Positions 1-12,689 of a stretch of 36,799 nucleotides of DNA are shown here, in pieces (the first letter of the stretch is position 1; each line of letters starts with the position of its first letter). The stretch comes from Neophaeotheca triangularis (Eukaryota). The notes beneath the pieces were generated by a model. That model did not search any database. It was given only the letters and a program-made list of their open reading frames with translations, and was not told where the DNA came from. The DNA lies in NCBI GenBank assembly GCA_054600435.1, contig BAAIJX010000054.1, positions 124,001 to 160,799 of the forward strand, read 5' to 3'. Position numbers and translations under genes: made by a program.

Positions 1-233
1 CCACAACGCTGAGCGACGGCACTCTCTATGGATACTAATTTACGACACTCCTTACGAAGCACGCCGAAGCTGTGCACCACGGGCGAGGAATGGAAAGAGG
101 CGGCCTGCGCGAATATCGCTGCTGTACAGCTAGAGTAGAAGTAATACAAAAGCCCTTGTAATCTATACCGAGCCCTATTAGTGTCCTAGGTATCCCCTCG
201 TAAACGCCAATGCGCCACGCTTCGCCCATGCAG

Positions 234-2279
234 TCAAATCATCAAGATCAAGCCTAGTACCGCAGCCGCTCCAAACACCATGGCGTTGCTTACGCTCTGC
301 GAGCTGCCCGAGTTGCGGTAGTAGACCGCACCCAGATAGCTGCAAGTGACTGTACCGTTGTCACTCCGCTTCCCATAGTCCACTTCCAGCCCGACACCAG
401 AATCAGGACAACCAAACCCCAACTTCGCCGGGCAGCTTTGAACCAGACTATAGCACAAATCCTCACAAGGCAAGACTTCCTTGTATGGCCCAGGTAAGAC
501 TTGGGCGTTGATGATGCCGGCATTGCGCGTACTGTTCGACGCCCGCACCGACCCTCTAGTCTGTCTGAAAGCAGGCGAGCCATCGAGGGACGGCGCGCCT
601 GGCATTGGCGTATAGGGCTCATTCAAATACGTCTCGTCTACCATGGATGTGTTGCTAAGATAGGCCATACCGACATTGCGAGGTTGAAGAAAGTCCATGT
701 TTGCAGAAAAGTCTTCGCAGCGAGGGATCGTCACAGCGCACAGCCATTCCTTGTAGGCCGTGGCGCAGTCTGTGCAGTCCTTGGCCAGGCTGTACTTGGA
801 GTCGTTGGAAGCGTTGCAGGCCACTTGCTGCAAGCTGTAGTTGAAGTTTTGGTACAAGCTCGCTGCGTAGTTGTCGTAGACGGCACCCAAAGCAGCGGTG
901 GAGGCGAAAGTGTTGGGATTGCTGGGAACAGCGTAGGCGACTTCATTGCAAAAAGAGAGGTTGAAGAGGAGACCGCAGTTGCCGTCTCTCTTGGTCATAA
1001 AAGGAATACTCTGCCACACTGTGCCCCCTCCGCCGACGACGCCCGCACCAGAAGCCGTCGAGTTGCCAGTCTTGGCCAAGATTCCGTTGTACGTGCTAGA
1101 ACGATTCAGCCGAGTAATATAGAATTGCTCTTTTGGCTTGTTGCCCAGCCCACGAGAGGTCATGCCCAGCTCTACGTCCGACATGAGACCGAGGTCATCT
1201 TTTTCACCAGCGATGATTTGCGAGTTCATACGCATACCGCAATATGAATGTTCCAGTCCTCGAGTCTTGGTGTAGTTGTTGTTGTTACCAAAGAAGGTAT
1301 AAGGGGGAGCCAGATCCATCCATTCTTTGTATACATCATCCGAGGGATCGGCTTCAGTGAGATTGTTCGTAACCAGCAAAGCAGAGGTTGTGTCGACGTC
1401 TACGAGATGCAGGAACTCACTAGAGTCGAAACCATGGTAGTAGTCAGTTAGCGAGACCGCCAGTTCATAATTCCAGTCTCCTTCGAACTCGTCGGGCAGT
1501 TCTGGCGCGTGGACCGATATGTAAAATTCCTCACTCCTTTCAATGGTGACGTTGGCGAAGCCCCCTTCCAGGGATCTTTCGATTTGATTTCGACTTCGAA
1601 AGTCGCTGCCAGGTCCGGGTCTTCTGTTATCGGAAGAATTGGAAACGTAAAGTGTCAACTGGGGCGGCGGGTCCCTCAGCTCATCATTTGCGCCATTGTA
1701 CCTCGGCTGCAGGCAAGTGTTGATCGAGATGTATACAGTCTGGTCGTTCTGTCTTGCGTGTAGCCTACCGTCGCCCTCTGCACCTTTGTCCCGCTTGCGG
1801 AGCTCCAGGTGATCTGGCGCTTCTATGGAGCGCTTATCCTCGCTTTCGCCGGGTAGACCTTTGGGCTTATCTGCACGTGTGGCAAGGAGCAGGTCCTTCG
1901 AATAGACCCAATAGGTGGTTTCGCCCGCTACAGCGTTCATGTTGTTGGGGGAGTCGTTGTCGTCGATTGCCATAGGTTCATCCCCATCGTCCTGTCTCTT
2001 CGCCTTGTTGTGTCTCTCAGTCCCATTCTCATCTGTCAAAGCAAACGCATCTTCGTCTAGTTCTAATTCTAGTTCGGGCGCAGCCTGCTGCAGCCTATGC
2101 CAGTTGTGGTCTGTACCATCTCTTATGCGCCCACTACCATCGATGGCGGATTCTTGAGCGTACGCAAAAGTTGGGCTCGACAGTGTCCATAGAAAGACGG
2201 CGACAAGCGAGAGAGCTAATAGCGATGCCGCAAGGCGCGATTGAAGGGGCGTCAGCTTGGGAGGGCACTGGCAAAGCAT
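234..2279 (-). CDS. mid1: Stretch-activated Ca2+ channel subunit Mid1 (Cch1 partner), 681 aa, apparently intronless
   Basis: Hydrophobic N-terminus (KLTPLQSRLAASLL...), VYISINTCLQP motif, Cys-rich C-terminal region (NCGLLFNLSFCNEVAYAVP, CTDCATAYKEWLCAVTIPRC, YKEVLPCEDLCYSLVQSCP) typical of fungal Mid1, and a hydrophobic C-terminal tail. Confidence 0.92.
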   Translation of the reverse strand: MLCQCPPKLTPLQSRLAASLLALSLVAVFLWTLSSPTFAYAQESAIDGSGRIRDGTDHNWHRLQQAAPELELELDEDAFALTDENGTERHNKAKRQDDGDEPMAIDDNDSPNNMNAVAGETTYWVYSKDLLLATRADKPKGLPGESEDKRSIEAPDHLELRKRDKGAEGDGRLHARQNDQTVYISINTCLQPRYNGANDELRDPPPQLTLYVSNSSDNRRPGPGSDFRSRNQIERSLEGGFANVTIERSEEFYISVHAPELPDEFEGDWNYELAVSLTDYYHGFDSSEFLHLVDVDTTSALLVTNNLTEADPSDDVYKEWMDLAPPYTFFGNNNNYTKTRGLEHSYCGMRMNSQIIAGEKDDLGLMSDVELGMTSRGLGNKPKEQFYITRLNRSSTYNGILAKTGNSTASGAGVVGGGGTVWQSIPFMTKRDGNCGLLFNLSFCNEVAYAVPSNPNTFASTAALGAVYDNYAASLYQNFNYSLQQVACNASNDSKYSLAKDCTDCATAYKEWLCAVTIPRCEDFSANMDFLQPRNVGMAYLSNTSMVDETYLNEPYTPMPGAPSLDGSPAFRQTRGSVRASNSTRNAGIINAQVLPGPYKEVLPCEDLCYSLVQSCPAKLGFGCPDSGVGLEVDYGKRSDNGTVTCSYLGAVYYRNSGSSQSVSNAMVFGAAAVLGLILMI

Positions 2280-3768
2280 GCTGTCGTGTCAGCGCTCATA
2301 GCGCAGAGGGGGTGCTTGAGGGTTCGTCAAGCGGTTTGACGGCCGGTTAGGGAAAGCAAAGGTGTTGTAGGGGCCCGCGGATGTGTTCTTCTGTTTGGTT
2401 CGTACACGGCGCTATGTTGCAATATATGTGCCCCAAGTATAGAAAGATCACCGAACCTCAAGGTACTGTATGCACATAAGCACGGATAAGGCTGACGACC
2501 GACGGCTGCTCCCGCCGGCTTGTCCCTGCCCCTGAGCCCCCCTTTCCTTTTAGAAACCATACCCAAATAACAACCCATCACAGACTCGATCGTATCATCT
2601 TCAGTAGTAGTGCGAAATTTGCCGATCCGCCATGGCAACGACAAGATTTTCAGCATGTTCACGACTAGGTCTTGGATGGCTGAGAGGTGATTCAGATGGT
2701 TCGAGCGAAGTGGATAACTCTCATTTCTTACATCATCCCTCTCCTTTCATTTTTAGATATTTGTACGGAGGAGGAGGTATCGCTACTTGACTTTAATGCC
2801 GACGGGCCCAAATCGCGCTCTCCTTGAGGAACCAGGATCTCAACGGCCTTTCCGAATATTCTCCCCCGACAGGTCACAGGCCAAATATATTTTACCGGTC
2901 CCTGAACGGACGGCCCGGGCGGCATGTCAAAATTCAATTTGCCGCAGCCGACACCACGCCAACGCCCACAGACCGCGCGTTTGTTAGTACTCAGCTGCAG
3001 TATGAGCGCATGCATATCTGCTGCGATTCTCCCATCCCTCTCGGCACGTAATTAACACCCGTGGGCGGACACACAAGACGAATGAAAGCTCGTCAATTTG
3101 CCGCTGCGATGGCACCCTGCCCACTGATCCTTGTACCATGCTTGGGCCGATCATCCTTTGGCAAGAGTTCCAACTCCACTAATCAGGCCGTGACTGGCTC
3201 CAGCCTCCAGTCAGTGTCCTTATCGAAGAAATCCGCATCGGTTCGTATGTTGAAGCCGAACAGCCGGTTCATTGCCGCGGGCGTAGTCGTACCACTGACA
3301 AAAAGCTTGTCTGATCTTCGCTGCTGCTTCTCTTGTCTTGACGGCGGTGAAGCGAAGGTTTTTCCCCACAAAAGTAATGTTCTTAACATCCTAGCACCTG
3401 TTTCTTTTTCTGTCGGCCTCCCGTGCCTCCCTTTCTTCCTCTGGTACTCTATCCCAGACTATTCGCCTCGAGCTCGCGAAGCCTTTCAAGGTTCCCTTGA
3501 GCTAACGCTTAACGATAATAACCGGGGCTCGACAACCTTGAGCCACAGTAGTACAGACCCGCAATCTCGTGCCCGACGCTATACATTGAAGTCAAGGGTT
3601 GCTGGGGCAGCTTTTGTGGTGTGGCAGGTGACAACATATAACCTGGGTTCTCCCAGCCCCTTAGGCAATTCTGATTACCATTTACTATCATCTCCTTCCC
3701 TCCTTCCACGATTCTCATCTCATTATACCACATGCTGCTTTCTTTGATTTCATAATATCTCTATTAAT

Positions 3769-5936
3769 ATGCACTTAATCTTTAGGCTTGCCGCTTTGGC
3801 AGCTACTGCAACTGCTACAGCGATTCCCGATCGCAAGTTGGAGACCCGCGCAACCTGCAATGTTCGCTTCCAGGAGACTGTGACTACGAGTTGGGGTGAG
3901 GGCGTTTCTGTCATTGGATCTATCCCCGAATTGGGTAACTGGAACACAAACGCTGCGATACCTCTCTCTGCCGATCAGTACACTGAAGACAACCCCCTCT
4001 GGACTGGCTCCGTCGGCGTTGAAGGCGGCACCGACTTTCAATACAAATACATCAAGTTCGGAGCAGATGGAGGTGTGACTTGGGAAGCGGATCCCAACCG
4101 CAGCTATACCGTACCAGCCGGTTGCAGCGACCAAGTCACCAGGAACGATAACTGGCAAAGCACTGGAACTTCCGGCCAAACTGAAACCGAAACCACAACC
4201 TCGACCGGGTCGGCCTCGTCTTGCACCCATGGCCCCAATTCCAGGGGGTGTTGGGATGGGCAACGAAGCATCGATACCGACTTCGACAGCAACTGGCCAA
4301 CTACCGGGAGAACCGTCTACTACAACCTCGACATTACCAACATTACCATGGCACCCGATGGCTTTAGCCGTCAGGTTCTGGCTATCAACGGCCAGTTCCC
4401 TGGCCCAAGAATCGAGGCGAACTGGGGTGACTACATCAGTATCACGGTGACCAACAACATGCCTAACAACGGAACGGACATTCATTTCCACGGCATCCGT
4501 CAATGGCACTCGAACACAGAGGACGGAGTTCCGGGCGTCACATCTTGCCCGATTCCTCCAGGCGGTAGCAGAGTATATTATTGGCAAGCAACGCAATATG
4601 GCACAAGCTGGTACCACAGCCACTTCTCATCCCAATACGGAGACGGCGTAACAGGTCCTATTCTCATCCACGGCCCAGCGACTGCAGACTACGACATCGA
4701 TCTTGGTCCTCTCCCCATGAACGACTGGTACTACCCAACTGTCGCGACAATGGCGTACCGCGCTGAGCACCAGAACTCCGTGCTGCCCCCATCCGCTGAC
4801 AACGTACTCTTGAACGGCAGCATGACGAGCAACTCCGGTGGCTCATACAGCAGGACAACCCTGACGCAAGACAGGAAGCACCGTCTACGCATCATCAACA
4901 TGAGCGTCGACAATCACTTGATTGTCAGCTTGGACGGCCACAACATGCAAGTCATAACTGCAGACTTTGTGCCCATCGAGCCATACACGACAAACAGCAT
5001 CTTCGTCGCCATTGGCCAACGTTACGACGTTATCATCGAAGCCAACCAGACGCCAGGCGCATACTGGTTCCGCGCCGAGGTCCCTGCCTCCAACCAGTGC
5101 GGCCAAAACTGGAACAACGGCAACATCCGTTCCATCTTCTCCTACGAAGGCTTCGAAGGCGACACCCCAAGCAGTACCCAACAAAACTATGCCCAACGCT
5201 GCACCGACGAGCAAGGCCTCGTCCCGCACTGGAACTCCTTTGTGCCCCAGGGCCAGATCGTCCAACCCGAAGAGCTCACCACAGCCATCAACCTGACCAC
5301 CGCCGACGACGGTTCGGTCCGAGTGTACTGGAACATCAACGGCAACTCGCTCGACGTCATGTGGGACCGGCCAACACTCGCCTACGTCAAGGACGGGCAA
5401 AACAGCTTCCCAGACCGCTCCAACCTCATCCACCTCGACGACGCCAACACCTGGACCTACTGGGTGATTCAAGAAACCACGGGCATTGTTGCCGGCCAAG
5501 CGGTGGACGTGAACGTGCCGCACCCGATCCACCTTCACGGCCATGACTTCTACGTCCTCGGCAAGGGCAACGGGCAATTCACGCCCGACTCGGCCAACCA
5601 GCTCAACTATGACAACCCCACTCGCAGGGATTCGGCCATGTTGGACGGTGGCGGCTGGCTGGCGATTGCTTTCCAGACGGACAACCCGGGCGCGTGGGTG
5701 ATGCACTGTCATATCGCGGTAAGTTTTTCAATTGTACTCGTTGAGCATCGTCCATGATTACTAATAGAACTTTACAGTGGCACGCGGACGAAGGGCTCTC
5801 GTTGCAGTTCCTCGAGACGCCGGAGATGATGTCCGAAGTCAACCCTATTCCGCAGGAGTTTGATCAGCTGTGCGATGCGTGGGAGCAATATTTCCCTCAG
5901 CGGTCGGTTTATGACAAGACGGATAGTGGTATCTAG
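3769..5936 (+). CDS. Secreted ascomycete-type laccase/multicopper oxidase (AA1) with N-terminal CBM20 starch-binding domain; exons 3769-5718 and 5778-5936
   Basis: Signal peptide, CBM20 (about aa 30-130), S/T linker, then all four copper motifs: HFHG, WYHSH, HPIHLHGH and HCHIAWH. The last motif is restored by removing intron 5719-5777 (GTAAGT...CTAAT...CAG). The C-terminus DSGI matches the DSG(L/I) plug of ascomycete laccases. Confidence 0.93.
3856..4158 (+). other. CBM20 starch-binding domain within the laccase CDS
   Basis: VRFQETVTTSWGEGVSVIGSIPELGNW...LSADQYT...PLW...FQYKYIK...VTWEADPNRSYTVP...NDNW closely follows the fungal glucoamylase CBM20 pattern (LGxW, YKY, WExDPNR), with flanking cysteines. 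Confidence 0.9.
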
Positions 5937-6885
5937 AGTCGAGCTCGGGGGTTCGGGGGTATATATTCATCATATTAGTTCTACTTGAGCAAAGGAAAGG
6001 TCCGCAGACCATGGCATGGCTCTCCGTTCTCATGTGTGCTTTGTAAGCAGTCTCAAGGTATGCCTCTTGTCGGCTGCTGTTTTGCGCGAGGAGGTCAGGA
6101 CCAAGCCTTGTAGGGAGAAGTCGTCTTGGCGAGGCGTCGAACCAAGCTTTGCCATGTGTAACGGGCGGGCTATCTTGTCACGTGGAGATAACGTCGCGGT
6201 GCATGTCCGTGGACGTCTCTACGAAAGTGAGAGGGGATGGGCGTTGTCGTTGTCGTTGATTACAAGTTATGTTCGTGAGTCAGTAGACCCTCGTCGCCTA
6301 CACCCGAGAGCATCACGTCAGCTAGCGAGACTACTGTCGTTAAGGGGCGATCAATCGCGATGTTGCTTCCGGCATGCGAGTTTATTAGTAAGTTTGTAAA
6401 GTCTGTTTTATTAGACAACGGCCAGTGGACGGCCGGTGGCCCTGAGCGGGTCGCGAAGATCAGTATACCTGTATATACTATGCGTGGTCAAGCAAGCGGT
6501 GGCGGCGGAGCTGTTGCTATGGAATTGTGTTGTTTGCCTAGGAAGCCACGACTAGCGCTCTATAGTAATAATTGTAGGAACCATGCACTTGTTTCAGTGG
6601 ATTATTACCTACTAGTACCTAGGTACAGTACCTAGTTGGCTTGGAAGCGAAATCACCTAAGCTTGGCTGATCAAGTTGTTTGTCACGTGCTGCCAAGTTC
6701 CAACTACCTCAGGTTATTTGATCTCCAGCGCTAGTAAGCTCGCTCGCCAGTCTCCAACCACTCACTACTACTGGCCCACTGCCGCTCAGGCCGACCGGGC
6801 AACTTTCAAGGAAAGTCAAGTCAAGTCTGGATTCTCGACCAACTTGCCGCCGTCCACTTATTCTCTTCCTCTCCCAGGCACAAGA

Positions 6886-6921
6886 CTACTACCACTACTA
6901 CTACTACTACTACTGCTACTA
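6886..6921 (+). repeat. Imperfect (CTA)12 microsatellite upstream of the DUF2985-like gene
   Basis: cta cta cca cta cta cta cta cta cta ctg cta cta, read directly from the sequence. Confidence 0.9.
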
Positions 6922-7301
6922 TCACCGCCTCCATCACGACGTCGACGACTACATAGCACTGGATACCTAATAAACCCCCACTCCAGGATAGTCCAGACAG
7001 ACAGCTCCACCCCAAGCTTTCGGCTCTTCCGGAGCTTCCGCAGCTTTTTCAGGACCCCTTTATTCGCATCTGCTTTCTGATCTCATCTTCTCCGCGACCG
7101 ACCCCACGCAACATCTGTACTGCTTCCGAGGTTTCATCATCGTTCCAAGGACCCGGCAAAGGTGTAAACACTTCCAGACCACTCTAACCCTTTCCACGCT
7201 GCTACTCACTGGCGCCACCTTGAATGCCTGCGTCGCTTACCGGTGACCAACCGGCCTCGTAGGCGAGCTCGGGCCTTATTAGGCTCGCCTGAACTTCCGC
7301 C

Positions 7302-9541
7302 ATGGATTACTTCGACCATGCAAGAGGGACCGGCAACCAAACATCAGAGGACCGTCTTAATGCTCCTCTACCCAACACCCCAGGCCCTAGCACTCCTGGC
7401 GGTAGGAGCGAAAATTGGCCTCTCCCACGCCAGCCCAGCTCTCGCGGGAATTTGCGGCCGTACTCGGGTATGCGAACGCCGTCGAGTATAGGAATTCGAC
7501 GACTCGGTTCCAATACCCCCAGCACTGCGCTACCACCTGCCCAAGCGCAGCAGAATGCCGATGAGGCTGCTGCCGCACGGCGGCGAAGTTCGTCTGCGCC
7601 GCAGAAATACCGCCCATCTTCTGGAACAGATACTGAGCTGGCCCGGATAAGTACGGCAGATCCGCCTATGGGTACTTTGTCTGAGGAACCTGCATATGGA
7701 CAGCAGGGTAGAGGCAGAGGTTACCGAGGCCCCGAAGAGGAATCTGATCCGCCGCAGGAATCTTCTATCAATGTTGACGGACTGCAAGGGGGAGATCGAT
7801 TTTCGGGCGGCGCGGGCGCTATGCACAGTGCAGGCAATGCTGCGCGCTCTAACAGAGGACTTAGGCGCTTCCGGAGCACTATAAACCCGCAGCAGCAGGA
7901 CAGACAAGAGCAGTCCAGGCCTGATACTGGCGAATATGAGGATGATGTCGTAGACCTTTTGGATATTGTTGGTAAGTACTCGCTAAGTTGTAGAGCAGGA
8001 CTGGGCTGAATTACTAACAACGAAAAGACCCCGAGGTGTCGACTCTAGGCACGCTAAACAATGTCCAAAACTCTCTTTTCGTGCCAGATTTGGGTAGCTG
8101 GATCAATCGCAGGCCCACTTACAAACTGACTCAAAGGCCATCCGATATGGATGCCACTCTTAGACAAGGCCAGCGTTCACGCCGAGGTACTGTTGGATCT
8201 ATGCGGCCACGTTCTGGAGCAGATACCTTGTCTAAGCTGGAGGAAGGCGTGGCGACAGATGGAGATGGCACAGGTCTGGATAACCAAGGTCGACGAATCT
8301 CCCTCACTTCCGAGTTACAGAAGGACCATTATGCTGTGCTGCCCCACGGCTGGGATCTGAGCGACTGGACGGCGGAAGAGAGGGCAGAGCTCGACGATCA
8401 CGTACGCCACCAACTCCACTCTCGCCGTGAAGGCTTCAAACGCAGTATGAAGGGTTTCGGCAAGTACTGTTCGAAACCTCTCGGTCTGTTCGTAGTCATC
8501 TACGCCACCCTGGTCACACTGTTCGGTGCCGCATGGGTGTTTGCACTAATCGGTTGGATCTACGTTGGCGACGAACAAGACTACATCATCAACGTGATCG
8601 ACCTGGTGTTGGTGGCGCTCTTCGCCTTGATAGGCGACGGCTTGGCGCCTTTCCGCGCGGTCGATACCTACCACATGTGCTTCATCGCGCACTACCACTA
8701 CCTCACCTGGCGGCTACGGCGGGAGAAAGAGCTCCCGGACCTTCCGGACCAGAATGACTTGCCCTTCCGACGAAGAGCTCGCGAGCAAGACATCCTCAAC
8801 GCCATCGACAAGGGCGAGATCGACGCCGACAGCGTGCTGACGCCGCACCAACAAGAACGCCTCCAGCACCACCAGCTCAAATTCGCCAAAAGCCACACCT
8901 TCTACAAACCCCACGAAACGAGCACGCATTACGCCTACCCCATCAAACTCATGATCGCCGCAGTCGTCCTGCTCGACTGCCACAGTCTGCTGCAGATCGC
9001 TCTCGGAACCGTAACGTGGAGTATCGATTACCGAGTACGCCCGGAAGCACTGACAGCGACGATCCTTTCAGTCTCCATCACGACCAACATTTGCGCGGGT
9101 ATCGTCATCAGTATCGGCGACAAGAAGACCCGCAAGAAGGACGTGTTTGAGCGCATGTTTCGGCAGGCTCTGACCGAGGAGGCGATGAGCCGCATGGAGA
9201 AGGACAAGGAGCGGCAGCAGAGGAAGAGCTCTGATGAGGGTGACGGTGAGGGCGAGGGTCAAGGGGGTGAGAGCGAAGATAGCGCTGGGGGGAGTGGTGG
9301 TGACGGCAACGAGCGGAAGCCAGAGCTGGAGCAACAGCCGAGGAAAAGCATGACAGCTCCGCGCAAGAGCGAGAGTGAGGGGAGGAAGAGCGAGGGCGAG
9401 CGCAAGCGGAGCAAGAGTCTTCCTCGCAAGAGTTTGGACTACACTAGGAGGCGGAGCAAGAGTCTTCCCCGCAAGAGTAGGGAGATGAGGAGGTATCAGC
9501 AGCAGGCTGGTGAGAGCGGAGGGGCGTACGAAGGCACTTGA
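7302..9541 (+). CDS. Fungal integral membrane protein, DUF2985-like; exons 7302-7971 and 8028-9541
   Basis: Intron 7972-8027 (GTAAGT...CTAAC...AAG) joins LLDIV/DPEVSTL in frame. Disordered N-terminus, then hydrophobic segments (PLGLFVVIYATLVTLFGAAWVF; LVALFALIGDGLAPFRAVDTY; KFAKSHTFYKPHET; LLDCHSLLQIALG) recognised as this fungal family. Confidence 0.75.
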
Positions 9542-10487
9542 GAAGGGGAAGGGTGTGTGTTAGATTTACAGCGAGGCGCACGTGGAGTCGATTGATTGCT
9601 TTTTTCGAGTGTATAGAGGGTATAATAATGTAGCGGACATGGAGCGAAGAGCGGGCGCTCCCAGTAGTAATGTTTTTGATCTGAAACTGAAAGATTGCTG
9701 TTCGATCCGCTTGCCGTAAGCGGTAATGCTACTGATACTGACTGATGTGAAATCGTAATCGCAAGCAGTGCTGCGGCTGCTAACAACTACCCTCATGGGG
9801 GGGCCGGTTGCCAGGACTCCAGGAGTAAAGCAGCAAGGATAAGCAAGGCCTTTGGACTCGGCCTCAACGAATTTCTCAGACGGACCGATTGCTGACGGGA
9901 GATGGCCGTGATCGGTGGTGTAGACAGTAGGGCTAGTCACAACAGTCCACTAATAAGTACGAGAGGAGCCGAAACATTGGCGATTGATTTGAGCGCAGAA
10001 AAGGTAGCGTGATATAGGTAAGAAAGAGCAGAGAGAGGGTTGTTGTAGGTTGTAGTAGTAATAATAAGTACTATAAGTAGCTTCACTCGTCGCTCCAAGA
10101 TGGGCATACGGAACGGATCGGACAGTCGGAAGGGTCAGGGACGGGGGAGAAAGGGAATAGCTAGGGACCCCGGAATGATTAATCATTACCCCTCATGATT
10201 GTGTGTGGTTTGTCTGGAGAGCATATCATGACTACCGAGTATCTGTAGTACCTAGGTAAGTCAAGGTAATAAGACACACCCGCGATTGGCCGATGTCGTG
10301 GGCGCGTAGTAGAAGACTGAAAGAAGAGGCATCAGAGTAGGACGGGAGGTACAGTACCCAACTTATACTAGTACTACCTTACCTCACTACTTAGGTACTT
10401 TAGTACCTACCTAGGTAGGTAGAGGATTGAAAATTATAGTGAACGTCACAGAGCTGCCCCACCTCAACCAGCTTACCGAAGCTTCAC

Positions 10488-10562
10488 GCCTTTTCTTCTC
10501 CTCCACCAAGACAAACGCCCTCCTCTGACTACATCTCCCTCTCTCACTCTCTCTCTCTCCTC
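10488..10562 (+). promoter_or_regulatory. CT-rich core promoter (ct-box) of the GAPDH gene
   Basis: Pyrimidine tract (cttttcttctcctcc...ctccctctctcactctctctctctcctc) 135-210 nt upstream of the ATG, as in strongly expressed filamentous-fungal gpd promoters. Confidence 0.6.
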
Positions 10563-10594
10563 ATCATACCACACAACTCACTCATATCCAGACC

Positions 10595-10649
10595 GTACGT
10601 TCTCCAGCTCTACTGCACCTCGTCCGCGACTCGACAACTTACACCACAG
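10595..10649 (+). other. Probable 5'-UTR intron of GAPDH (acceptor at 10649 or 10653)
   Basis: GTACGT donor, CTTAC branch-like site and CAG acceptor; fungal gpd genes commonly carry a leader intron. Confidence 0.5.
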
Positions 10650-10696
10650 ACAGTACATAACCCAACCCCTCCCAACAAACAAAAGCAAAGTACAAC

Positions 10697-12027
<1,331 letters not shown>

Positions 12028-12689
12028 ATCATCCCTTCAAAAGCTAGGTTGTGATGTGAAAGGGCATTTTCACGAGTAGTTGATGATGATGGGACGTGAT
12101 GGATTTGAAGAAGAATACGTACGATGTGAAAGAAAGGCATGCTTAGCTACTTGAGGTAGTTTCTATGAAATGGAGCGTGTTGCCTTTTTCCCCATCGCTT
12201 TTTTATGAATTATTATGGCTTTTGCTTTTGGCCGATGTGAGGTTGGGAAAAGGACTGTGGCTGGGTCTGACAAAGCTTGGAGGCAGAGTAAGAGGACTCT
12301 CCTTTGCTAATAGAAGATCTGCTGAACTCTCCCCGCTAACGTCGACATCAACTCATAAAGAAAAAAGACAAACGCCATCTCGTCCGAACCAGCTCAACAG
12401 ACCTACCTAGGAGATAGTCACCGTTAACGCAACATGCTTCGCACGACCAACACCCGTGATCCACGAAAACACACCTGCATTCCCTCCCTGTCCGCCGCCC
12501 CAACTCCTACGACAAACAGCGGAAATAGACGATTTTACCCAGGAACCCGTGTCCTTTGCAGTGGCACTTCTGCTTCTACGCATTGATCCTCGGTCCAGTC
12601 GAGCGCTCAGTCAACCCTCCACTGACGCCCGCTGTCCTGCCCACTCACATCCCCACCCTTCCCATCGACCATCCCTCCCTCCCCCTCTC

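Noticed and set aside
3345..3358. AmyR-like CGG-N8-AGG site, plus CreA-like SYGGRG sites (e.g. 3602-3607), upstream of the CBM20-laccase
   Set aside because: Attractive given the CBM20, but about one such match is expected by chance in 1.5 kb of double-stranded sequence; not supportable without conservation data.
3061..3747. 228-aa ORF just upstream of the laccase
   Set aside because: GTG start, no recognisable domain or codon bias; lies in probable promoter/5' UTR.
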